From Devosia sp. (GTDB taxonomy: Bacteria > Pseudomonadota > Alphaproteobacteria > Rhizobiales > Amorphaceae), in the NCBI GenBank assembly GCA_051016205.1, contig CP136534.1, positions 640,835 to 664,834 of the forward strand: a stretch of DNA of 24,000 bases, written 5' to 3'. Made by a program: the position numbers and the translations under genes. Positions 15,996 to 23,224 of this stretch are shown one piece after another. Numbering within the stretch: the first letter of the stretch is position 1; each line of letters begins with the position of its first letter. The notes under the pieces are model-generated. The model worked only from the letters and a program-made list of their open reading frames with translations, did not search any database and was not told the origin of the DNA.

Positions 15996-17042
15996 CTAAC
16001 TCTTCGGCGCTTCCATCGCAACCCCTTCGACCGCGTTACTTTGAACCCCAGCGCGGCGCTCGTCGCCCAGCGGCGTCAGGCCGCGCTGCGAAAGGTAGCC
16101 GCCAGTCTCAAGGGCCGCATCCGACACGTACTCTTCGATGAACGCCTGAAGATTCGGGATCGCGTCGCGATGGGCGTTCTTGATGTAGAAGAAGATTGGG
16201 CGCGCGATGTCGTAGTCGCCAGATGCGATCGTGTCGAAATTCGGCTCAGTATCATTCACCGGCACGGCCTTCAGACTGTCTTGGTTTTCGTATAGGAAGG
16301 AGTAGCCGAAAATACCAAGCGCGTTCGGGTCGGAGATGAGACGCTGAACGATGAGGTTGTCGTTCTCACCGGCCTCAATGAACGGTCCGTCCGTCCGCAT
16401 CCGCGAGCAGACTTCTTCCCATTTGTCCTCGTCGGCCTCTTCCATCTCGGCCAGCATCTCGAACCCATTGCACCCATCGTGCATGGCGAGCTCGACGAAC
16501 GCGTCGCGCGTGCCTGACGTCGGCGGTGGGCCGAAGACTGTGATGTCAGTGTCAGGGAGTTCAGGGTTGATCTCGGACCACTTGGTGTAAGGGTTGTCGA
16601 CAAGTTCGCCGTCCACGGGCACCTGTGCCGCGAGAGCCATGAAGAGCTCTTGCTCGGTGAGGCCAAAGTCCACAGCACCTTGCGCATGCGCAATGGAAAG
16701 GCCGTCGAATCCGATCAGAACCTCGGTAATATCCGTGACGCCGTTAGATTGGCAGTCTTCCCATTCGGACGACTTCATCGAGCGGGACGCGCCGGTGATG
16801 TCGGGGAAGTCGGGTCCGACGCCGCCGCAGAAGATTTTCATGCCACCGCCGGTGCCGGTCGATTCGACGATCGGAGACGGAGCCCCGGTCGACTGGGCGA
16901 ATTGCTCAGCAACGGCTTGCGTGTATGGAAATACGGTCGACGATCCAACGATGCTGATCTGATCCCGAGCCTGAACCGGACCAGCGACAGCGACAGCGCC
17001 AACGGCGAGCGCTGTAGCGGTGAGAAGGGCATACTTGCTCAT
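15996..17042 (-). CDS. pstS: phosphate ABC transporter substrate-binding protein PstS, paralog 1
   Basis: The internal ATG 17042 (MSKYALLTATALAVGAVAVAGPVQA signal) is preceded by GGGAGAG. Same motif set as paralog 2: GSSTVFPYT, STGTGGGM, TGASR, PPTSGTRDAF. Confidence 0.9.
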   Translation of the reverse strand: MSKYALLTATALAVGAVAVAGPVQARDQISIVGSSTVFPYTQAVAEQFAQSTGAPSPIVESTGTGGGMKIFCGGVGPDFPDITGASRSMKSSEWEDCQSNGVTDITEVLIGFDGLSIAHAQGAVDFGLTEQELFMALAAQVPVDGELVDNPYTKWSEINPELPDTDITVFGPPPTSGTRDAFVELAMHDGCNGFEMLAEMEEADEDKWEEVCSRMRTDGPFIEAGENDNLIVQRLISDPNALGIFGYSFLYENQDSLKAVPVNDTEPNFDTIASGDYDIARPIFFYIKNAHRDAIPNLQAFIEEYVSDAALETGGYLSQRGLTPLGDERRAGVQSNAVEGVAMEAPKS

Positions 17043-17086
17043 GATCTCTCCCACGAGTTCATTTTTATCACCGCTAACCGAGCCCG

Positions 17087-17104
17087 ATGACGGCTGTATG
17101 ACAG
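17087..17104 (-). promoter_or_regulatory. Pho box (PhoB site) upstream of pstS
   Basis: Minus strand reads CTGTCAT-ACAG-CCGTCAT, i.e. 7/7 and 6/7 matches to the CTGTCAT direct repeats at 11-bp spacing. A TAAAAT-like -10 lies about 20 nt downstream and the ATG is 44 nt downstream. Confidence 0.55.
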
Positions 17105-17313
17105 CCTGAGCGTCCATGGGAAACAACCCGCCTGCCGAGGCGGTAGCAACTGCTAGTCAGCACCTGAGCCAAAACGCTTGGCTATCTAAACAAGACAAAC
17201 CAGTCCCCGAATTTCCTCGGGCTGCTCACCGCTATCGAACGCTGGGCGTCCGCCCACCGCCATCCTTTACGAAGTTTCTAGTCACCACCTTCGGTTCCCA
17301 CCGAAAGCTTCGA

Positions 17314-18351
17314 CTATGGAGTATGTTGGCCGTTCCGAATCACCCCCAAAACCATCCCATTTGTTTTTACAAGCTCGCACCACTCCTTCGCGGCCTCGGT
17401 GAGGAGTTCGGCGGTGTCCATGTCCTCAGCCAACTGGACGGTCAGGAGATCACGCAAAAGGTTCATCTCACCGCCCAGCACATCGGCAAAGGCGTCCGCC
17501 CCACTTGCGCGCGCGAGGATGGTGGCATCGCTGACCACAGGCACCAGGACTTCCGCGATGAACGCGTCATACTCGGCCTCATCGACCTGCCGTTCGATCC
17601 GCATGACGCGGGTTTCGCCGTCTTCGTCGAACGCCGCCAGTGGGAACATCCACATCTGATAAAGGTGCCCGAGCGTCTGGAAGAATCGCGTGCCAGCGAG
17701 CGGGTAGTGAACGCTTTGGCCCGCCTTGACGGTTTGGACTTCGATCAAAGCCATGACCGCGACTATGCTGGCGCATTTCAAGCGTAGCGCCTGGTGCGCG
17801 TCGTCGGCATAGACGCCAAACAGGAGGTCGGTGGCATCGTTGTCCGCCTGCATTTCCAAGCATGGACGAACCTTTTTGCGTTCGTCCGCCGGCAGAGTCG
17901 GGAATGCCAAGTCGGTCTGCTTGGCAAATGACAGGATGTCCAACCCCTCCTCGGTGACAGGATCGGAGAGGCCGGCAGCACCTGCCAGTGCCACGTGACC
18001 TAATTTCACATGCATGAGTTCGTGGAGCACCAGCCAGGCCAGCGATACGTCTGTTAACTCATCGGCTGCATAGCCTTCGGGGATATCGCCTTCCGCAAGA
18101 AGTTTCGGATCATCCAGACCGCGCGACCACAAGGCGTCGAGGTGGTCGACCGTCCCCGTGCTGATCCGGACAACAGTGCCATCCCCAATCGGCACAACCC
18201 GGGCGGAGAACTCCTCCGTTGCCTCCATCTCCAAGGTGGGTGGATTTGGCAGGGGTTCACCCAATTCCTGCTCGTGCTGTTTCAAAGCAGCCGCAAACGC
18301 CGTTTCGAGACGGTCTTCGTGGGTTCGCGATGCAGACGTGGGGTCGGCCAT
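17314..18351 (-). CDS. HExxH zinc-metallopeptidase-like protein (ImmA/IrrE COG2856-like core)
   Basis: 345-aa ORF with LAWLVLHELMHVKLGH and, 44 residues after the HELMH motif, LEMQADNDATDLLF. This matches the HExxH...ExxAN/DxxA..LL pattern of ImmA/IrrE-type gluzincins. The remainder is unrecognised. Confidence 0.7.
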   Translation of the reverse strand: MADPTSASRTHEDRLETAFAAALKQHEQELGEPLPNPPTLEMEATEEFSARVVPIGDGTVVRISTGTVDHLDALWSRGLDDPKLLAEGDIPEGYAADELTDVSLAWLVLHELMHVKLGHVALAGAAGLSDPVTEEGLDILSFAKQTDLAFPTLPADERKKVRPCLEMQADNDATDLLFGVYADDAHQALRLKCASIVAVMALIEVQTVKAGQSVHYPLAGTRFFQTLGHLYQMWMFPLAAFDEDGETRVMRIERQVDEAEYDAFIAEVLVPVVSDATILARASGADAFADVLGGEMNLLRDLLTVQLAEDMDTAELLTEAAKEWCELVKTNGMVLGVIRNGQHTP

Positions 18352-18617
18352 CAGGCAATTCCCGTTTGTTGAACCACAAAGGCAAGGAAGGGAATGGCTA
18401 GCACGATGGGGGGTTGGTTTTCGATAATGGTGATGTGGCTGTCTTATCCGGCTCTATGCGATCACGGCCTTGCCGTGCTCTTACCGAACCCGCATGGCGG
18501 TTTCGGCCCATTCGGGTGACGATCCGGGACAGGGGATGGTGGAGGCGGCACGGGGTGCCGCCGCATATCTTTCGGCGCGTCGACACGCGCCTGGAACCCT
18601 TCTGACCAGCTTACACC

Positions 18618-18654
18618 AAAGCCGGCGTTGCGTTGCGACAGGTCAACCGGCTTT
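18618..18654. repeat. hairpin copy 1: AAAGCCGG...CCGGCTTT
   Basis: 8-bp stem AAAGCCGG/CCGGCTTT, extendable to about 12 bp with one bulge (cGTTG/CAAc). The stem sequence is identical to copy 2. Confidence 0.6.
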
Positions 18655-18716
18655 ACCCGCAAGCGGTGCCAGCCAACCGGCAGGGCCGTTCGGGGCACCC
18701 CTAAGCGGTCCCCCAC

Positions 18717-18743
18717 AAAGCCGGTGGACCGGTCGCCGGCTTT
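18717..18743. repeat. hairpin copy 2: AAAGCCGG...CCGGCTTT
   Basis: Same 8-bp stem with an 11-nt loop (tggaccggtcg), 99 bp downstream of copy 1. Both copies are preceded by CAC(C). Confidence 0.6.
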
Positions 18744-18890
18744 GGTCTCGCCCCCGAGACGGCGCGGCGCAGGGCGCCGCACTCCAAAGGTGTCGTTCGG
18801 GGCGCTCGCCGCTGGGCAAGGGTTCATGCGCGGAAAGTGTCCTTCGGGAGGCTTGCGCAATTCCACAAACCCAAACTCAGGAGACAATCC

Positions 18891-20603
18891 ATGGAACTCA
18901 AAAACATCGACCTTTCAGACCTCAAAGTGTCAAAGACCAACGTGCGCAAGGTGGGCGGCACCGACACCGCCGATCTGGAAGCCAGCATCAAAGCCATCGG
19001 GCTTTTGCAGCCGCTTCTGGTCCGGCCCAATTGCACAGGCTTCGAGATCGTCGCAGGGCAGAGGCGCTTCAACGCCCTCGCCAAGCTTGCCGAAGAGAGC
19101 GGCACAGCTGATCCGGTGCCCTGCATCGTGATGGAGGATGGCGATGATGCCGCCGCCATCGAAGCCTCTCTCGCGGAAAATGTGTCTCGTCTCCCCATGG
19201 ACGAGATCGATCAGTACAAAGCCTTTGCCGCGCTGGTGCGACAAGGCCAGACGGCGGAGGAGATTGCCGCCGCCTTCGGTGTCACCGAACGGCTGGTGCG
19301 CAGGCGCCTTGCCATTGCCAACCTCCATGGTCCCATCCTGACCACCCTGCGCAAGGGCGAGATCGATGCGCCAACCGCCCGGACGCTCACCATGGCAAGC
19401 AAGGGTCAGCAGAAGGAGTGGTGGAGCCTGTTTCGGTCCAAGGAGGACCACGCACCGCAGGGACAGGCGCTCAAGCGCTGGCTTTTCGGAGGCGGGGCGA
19501 TCCCGGTCGGCAACGCCTTGTTCGACCCATCCGCCTATGACGGGGCCATTGTCACCGACCTTTTCGGCGATGAGGCCTATTTTGACGATGCCCAAAAGTT
19601 CTGGGCCCTACAGAACACCGCCATCGCTGAGGCGAAGGCGCGTTATCTGGAAGAGGGATGGAGCGAGGTCGTGATCCTCGATGTGGGTCACTGGTGGCCA
19701 CGATACGACCATGCAGAAGCGGCCAAGACGGACGGCGGCAGGGTGTATGTCCAAGCCCTCCATGACGGCGAGGTCCGCTTCTTCGAAGGCTTCGTGACCC
19801 GCAAGGAGGCAAGGCGCAAGGCCGTGCAGAAGACCGAAGGCGGGGACGCGTCCGTTGCCAAGCCTGAGATCACCAAGGCCATGCAGACCTACCTCGACCT
19901 GCACCGCCACGCCGCGGTCAGGAACGCTGTGCGCAAGGACAGTGGTATGGTGCTGCGTCTCATGGTGGCGCACCTGTTGGCGGGCTCGAGCCTTTGGCGG
20001 GTGGACTCCGACCCCCAGCGCGCCGACAGCGAAGCCACGGTCGCTTCACTCACATGCAATAGCGCCGAGGCTGAGTTTCGGAAGGAACGGCAGGAGGTTC
20101 GCGCCTTGCTGGGTCTGGATGGCGAGGATGACGAGCCCATCGTTCCGGGTCGAAGCAACCCGCACGCTCGGCAAGACCTCCATGAGGTCCTCGCAAAACT
20201 CATCGCGCTCAAGCCGCTTGAGGTGGTGCGCATCCTGAACGTCGTGGTGGCCGAGGCGCTGGGGAGCGGCGATCCGCTGATCGAGGTGCTGGGAACCCGC
20301 TACGCCATCGAGATGGCAGAGCACTGGCGACCTGACGAAGCCTTCTTCGACCTCTTGCGCGATAAAGAGGCGATCAATGCGATGGTCCGTGAGACGGCGG
20401 GCAAGGCAACCGCCGAAGCCCACATCTCCTCCACCGCCACCGTGCAGAAGAAGATCATTCGGGACTGCCTCGAGGGCAATCGCAAGGGCAAGTCTGACTG
20501 GCAACCGCGCTACATGGCGTTCCCCATGAAGCCTTACACCAAACGTGGTGGGATCGCCGCCGTCGACGGCTTTGCCGCTGTCCGCAAGACCTACGGGCTT
20601 TGA
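18891..20603 (+). CDS. ParB/Srx-domain protein (ParB-like nuclease/partition family) with a long C-terminal extension
   Basis: The ATG at 18891 lies 6 nt after AGGAGA. N-terminal ParB boxes are present (SIKAIGLLQPLLVRP, EIVAGQRRFNALAKL), plus an HTH (QTAEEIAAAFGVTERLVRRRLAIANL). 570 aa. This type is common on conjugative elements. Confidence 0.85.
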   Translation: MELKNIDLSDLKVSKTNVRKVGGTDTADLEASIKAIGLLQPLLVRPNCTGFEIVAGQRRFNALAKLAEESGTADPVPCIVMEDGDDAAAIEASLAENVSRLPMDEIDQYKAFAALVRQGQTAEEIAAAFGVTERLVRRRLAIANLHGPILTTLRKGEIDAPTARTLTMASKGQQKEWWSLFRSKEDHAPQGQALKRWLFGGGAIPVGNALFDPSAYDGAIVTDLFGDEAYFDDAQKFWALQNTAIAEAKARYLEEGWSEVVILDVGHWWPRYDHAEAAKTDGGRVYVQALHDGEVRFFEGFVTRKEARRKAVQKTEGGDASVAKPEITKAMQTYLDLHRHAAVRNAVRKDSGMVLRLMVAHLLAGSSLWRVDSDPQRADSEATVASLTCNSAEAEFRKERQEVRALLGLDGEDDEPIVPGRSNPHARQDLHEVLAKLIALKPLEVVRILNVVVAEALGSGDPLIEVLGTRYAIEMAEHWRPDEAFFDLLRDKEAINAMVRETAGKATAEAHISSTATVQKKIIRDCLEGNRKGKSDWQPRYMAFPMKPYTKRGGIAAVDGFAAVRKTYGL

Positions 20604-20616
20604 TGCCCGCGCCGCC

Positions 20617-20650
20617 AAGCCGCCCGGGGGAACGCCCTTGGGCGGCTTTC
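20617..20650 (+). terminator. hairpin terminator after the ParB-like gene
   Basis: AAGCCGCCC-(14 nt)-GGGCGGCTT followed by TC, 14 nt after the stop codon. Confidence 0.5.
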
Positions 20651-20883
20651 GCATGTCTGGACCGTCTCCGCAGTTGTTTGCGGTGGAGGCGGGAGGGCTC
20701 TCCGCTTGTCCTGTCCCCCGCGAGCGCAGCGGCATTGCCTGCGTGGTTGTCGGCGGATTGCGAGTTCGGCTGAGCCGCCGGTCGGTCAATGGCCTGCCCG
20801 CGTAAACGTGTTGACCACGACAGCCCGGCTCAAAGCCCAGCCGCTTGTCCTCGCATCGACAACCGAACGCGAAGGAACACACC

Positions 20884-21087
20884 ATGTCCCGCACCAATTC
20901 GAAGTCCAGAACCAAGCAACCGACCCACATCGCCTACCATGCACCGGATCGCGAGAATGCCCCTTGGACCAGCATCGGCGCCGCCTGGGCGCACGATGAC
21001 GGCGAAGGCCTGACGCTCCAGCTCGAGCTCTTGCCAGCCAGCGGCGGCCGGATCGTCCTGCGCACCAACAAGCCAAAACCGGCCTAA
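20884..21087 (+). CDS. small conserved-looking protein (67 aa), DUF736-like core motif
   Basis: The ATG at 20884 lies 7 nt after AAGGA. The segment HAPD....WTSIGAAWAHDDGEGLTLQLELLP recalls the APD...IGAAW...G.G core of DUF736 proteins found on alphaproteobacterial ICEs and plasmids. This recall is weak. Confidence 0.6.
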   Translation: MSRTNSKSRTKQPTHIAYHAPDRENAPWTSIGAAWAHDDGEGLTLQLELLPASGGRIVLRTNKPKPA

Positions 21088-21131
21088 GGCCTCGAGGCGG
21101 TCCCGGCACGGTGTCGGGATCGCCGTTTCTC

Positions 21132-21692
21132 TCAGCTTCCCCTGTCGAACCGCTTGATGGAACGTGTCAGCGTCCATGGATGAACGCGAAGTTGCCTCGC
21201 GATGTCCTTCAGCGTCATTGTCCCCAAAGCGATGCGCAACTGGGCCGAGCGAACCTGCTCTTCGCTAAGCTTCGGCGGGCGGCCAAGCCTCACGCCGCGG
21301 GCCCGCGCTGCTGCAAGCCCTTCGCGTGTGCGTTCGGAGATTTTTCGCCGTTCCCGCTCAGCGGCGGCGGCATTGACCTGATAGGCGTAGTTCCCATCAG
21401 CGGTAAGCGTGTCGACGACAAAGTTCACCGCTTTCAGGCAAACCCCACGTCCCCGCAGCTGCTCGTCGTGCACGATGGCGTCAGCGGTAGATCGGAAGGC
21501 GCGGTCCAGATCCCAGACCAAGAGCGTGTCGCCACGCTTCAGCCGCCGCAGGACCGTTTCAAAGATCGGACGATGATCGGACACCGCCGAAAGACGCTCC
21601 ACATGGAGCTCGTCGCACAGGCCCCTAAGGCCGTCCACCTGGCGGTCGGGCCGCTGCTCCTTCGTACTCACTCTCAGATATCCGATAATCAT
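21132..21692 (-). CDS. serine recombinase (resolvase/invertase family)
   Basis: MIIGYLRVSTKEQ carries the catalytic Ser motif. Also has the DRQ, LLVWDLDRAFRS and ERERRKISERTREGL motifs and a C-terminal HTH (LKDIARQLRVHPWTLTRSI). 186 aa. Confidence 0.9.
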   Translation of the reverse strand: MIIGYLRVSTKEQRPDRQVDGLRGLCDELHVERLSAVSDHRPIFETVLRRLKRGDTLLVWDLDRAFRSTADAIVHDEQLRGRGVCLKAVNFVVDTLTADGNYAYQVNAAAAERERRKISERTREGLAAARARGVRLGRPPKLSEEQVRSAQLRIALGTMTLKDIARQLRVHPWTLTRSIKRFDRGS

Positions 21693-21872
21693 GCAAATTC
21701 AGTGCGTTAGCGCGTCGTGCTCCATGCCTGCAAGGCCGCAGAAACGACCCTTTCCGCGTTTGGCTCCTCACCGTCGTTTCAACACGCACCGGCCATAGAG
21801 AAGCCCTTGTTTCATAGGATCATTTTACCAGAATCGGCCGATCAAAGTAAAACTTCGCACAATCGGTCGTTT

Positions 21873-22235
21873 ATGTTGAGTTTTGGAGGCAAAACATTCA
21901 AAGCTTCTAGCTTTGTCGAAGGCGGGATACTTGCAGCCTGCCTTCTACTTCAGCCCGGATACGCCCAGGCGCAGGAGATGACCGCAGGCGTCATTGCAGA
22001 AAGGATGTCGGATCAAGAGCGCGCGTCCTACATCGCCGGTGTGGTCGAAGGCTTGGCCACCTCCCGCTTCCTGCGCGATCGTCCGGAGCAGGCGGGCTCA
22101 CGCTGCATCTACAATTGGTTCTATGGCGAAGGGAACGGCAGCTGGGATCGCATCGATGCCTGGCTCGCGCGGCACCCCGACAAGGGTGTCGGCGTGCTCC
22201 TTCACGTTTTGATCCAAAAAGATTGTGGGGCGTAG
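21873..22235 (+). CDS. small exported protein (120 aa), unknown function
   Basis: Starts at the internal ATG 21873 of track ORF 21717..22235. The N-terminus has a signal or lipobox-like stretch (GGILAACLLLQPGYAQA). Its stop abuts the next start (TAGATG). The start codon is uncertain because there is no clear SD. Confidence 0.55.
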   Translation: MLSFGGKTFKASSFVEGGILAACLLLQPGYAQAQEMTAGVIAERMSDQERASYIAGVVEGLATSRFLRDRPEQAGSRCIYNWFYGEGNGSWDRIDAWLARHPDKGVGVLLHVLIQKDCGA

Positions 22236-22949
22236 ATGATCAGGCTCACCGACCACTTCTCCTCCGAACACCGCCAGCACCTGGAATGGCTGCGCCGGCA
22301 GGAGTGGTTTGCCAAGTCGCGCCGCGAGCTGAAGGCCAAACGCAAAGCAGCGGAGGAGGTGAGCGAGGACATTGCCGATGCCGCCAGCAGCCTCATCATG
22401 GCGACACCCCTTGAGATCACAGCGTTCGAGCGGAAGCTCGATACCTATGACGCCGCTGCCGTCGAGGCACTCACCCGCAACACGGAGACGCTGGACGAGG
22501 TCAACGCGGACATCGAGACGATGCTGGGACGTGCGTACGTCATGGATGACGGCCGGCGGGTTTTCCGCACCCGCGATGGCGAACAGGTATTTGATGAGGC
22601 CGGAACCGAAGTGGGGACGCTCGACCCTGATCTGATTGGCCCTGAACACCCCTCCTGGGAGGACTACGCCGCCAAAATCGCCGAACGCGGCGCGCTTGTG
22701 GAAGACCGCGAAAGAATCCTTCGCTTCCAGGAGCAGGTGGACCACGCGAGGGAGGAGATTGCCGATGGATCGATCTCGGCCGACGACCTCGAGCGCCTCG
22801 ACGCCGAGCTCTTGGCGCTCATGCCGCCATCGGTGGCAGAGAATGTCCCTGGCATGGCTGTTGAGACGAACGGCCTCCTCGCAGAAGCGGGATCGCCCCA
22901 AACGCCGCTGCCAAAAACAACGCCTGCCTCACCGCAGCCGAGACGGTAG
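22236..22949 (+). CDS. acidic, helical hypothetical protein (237 aa)
   Basis: GC3-rich frame with E/D/R-rich helical sequence and a Pro-rich tail. The 267-aa antisense ORF (22098..22901) has typical shadow-ORF composition. Confidence 0.7.
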   Translation: MIRLTDHFSSEHRQHLEWLRRQEWFAKSRRELKAKRKAAEEVSEDIADAASSLIMATPLEITAFERKLDTYDAAAVEALTRNTETLDEVNADIETMLGRAYVMDDGRRVFRTRDGEQVFDEAGTEVGTLDPDLIGPEHPSWEDYAAKIAERGALVEDRERILRFQEQVDHAREEIADGSISADDLERLDAELLALMPPSVAENVPGMAVETNGLLAEAGSPQTPLPKTTPASPQPRR

Positions 22950-23001
22950 AGTTTTTGCCGCGTGACGAGGTCCAGATCGCGCTCAAATCGAAAAGCCGCT
23001 C

Positions 23002-23039
23002 AAAAAACAAACTCGGGCCCAGCGTATGAGCCAGGCCCG
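23002..23039 (-). terminator. hairpin plus T-run after the small-gene operon
   Basis: Minus strand reads CGGGCC-(14 nt)-GGCCCG followed by AGTTTGTTTTTT, 21 nt after the stop at 23060. Confidence 0.45.
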
Positions 23040-23059
23040 GGCGTGCGGGGGCACATCGT

Positions 23060-23224
23060 TTAACCCTTGTCGTTGGTCTCTTCGTGGAGAAGACGGCAGA
23101 GGGCATGCATTTCGCCGCACATCTCCGCCTGCGTCCTCACCAGGTAGGCCATGGCATTCATGGTGCCATCCATGGAATCGGAGAGGTTTTCCGCCCGATC
23201 CCGAAGCTCCGACAGATCAGCCAT
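23060..23224 (-). CDS. small hypothetical protein (54 aa)
   Basis: The ATG at 23224 (MADLSELRDRAENLSDSMDGTMNAMAYLVRTQAEM...) overlaps the upstream stop by 8 nt (ATGGCTGA). Confidence 0.5.
   Translation of the reverse strand: MADLSELRDRAENLSDSMDGTMNAMAYLVRTQAEMCGEMHALCRLLHEETNDKG

Noticed and set aside
18462-19131. ORFs of 141-213 aa on both strands across the structured region and the ParB-like 5' end
   Set aside because: They are extremely Arg/Pro/Gly/Ala-rich, mutually overlapping, and run through the hairpins. The ParB-like gene has a clear SD/ATG at 18891.
18930-20930. 221-aa and 294-aa minus-strand ORFs
   Set aside because: They are antisense to the ParB-like gene and the downstream terminator region, with shadow-frame composition.
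22098-22901. 267-aa minus-strand ORF
   Set aside because: It is antisense to the GC3-rich 22236..22949 gene, which is stop/start coupled to its upstream neighbour. The minus frame has no start context or motifs.
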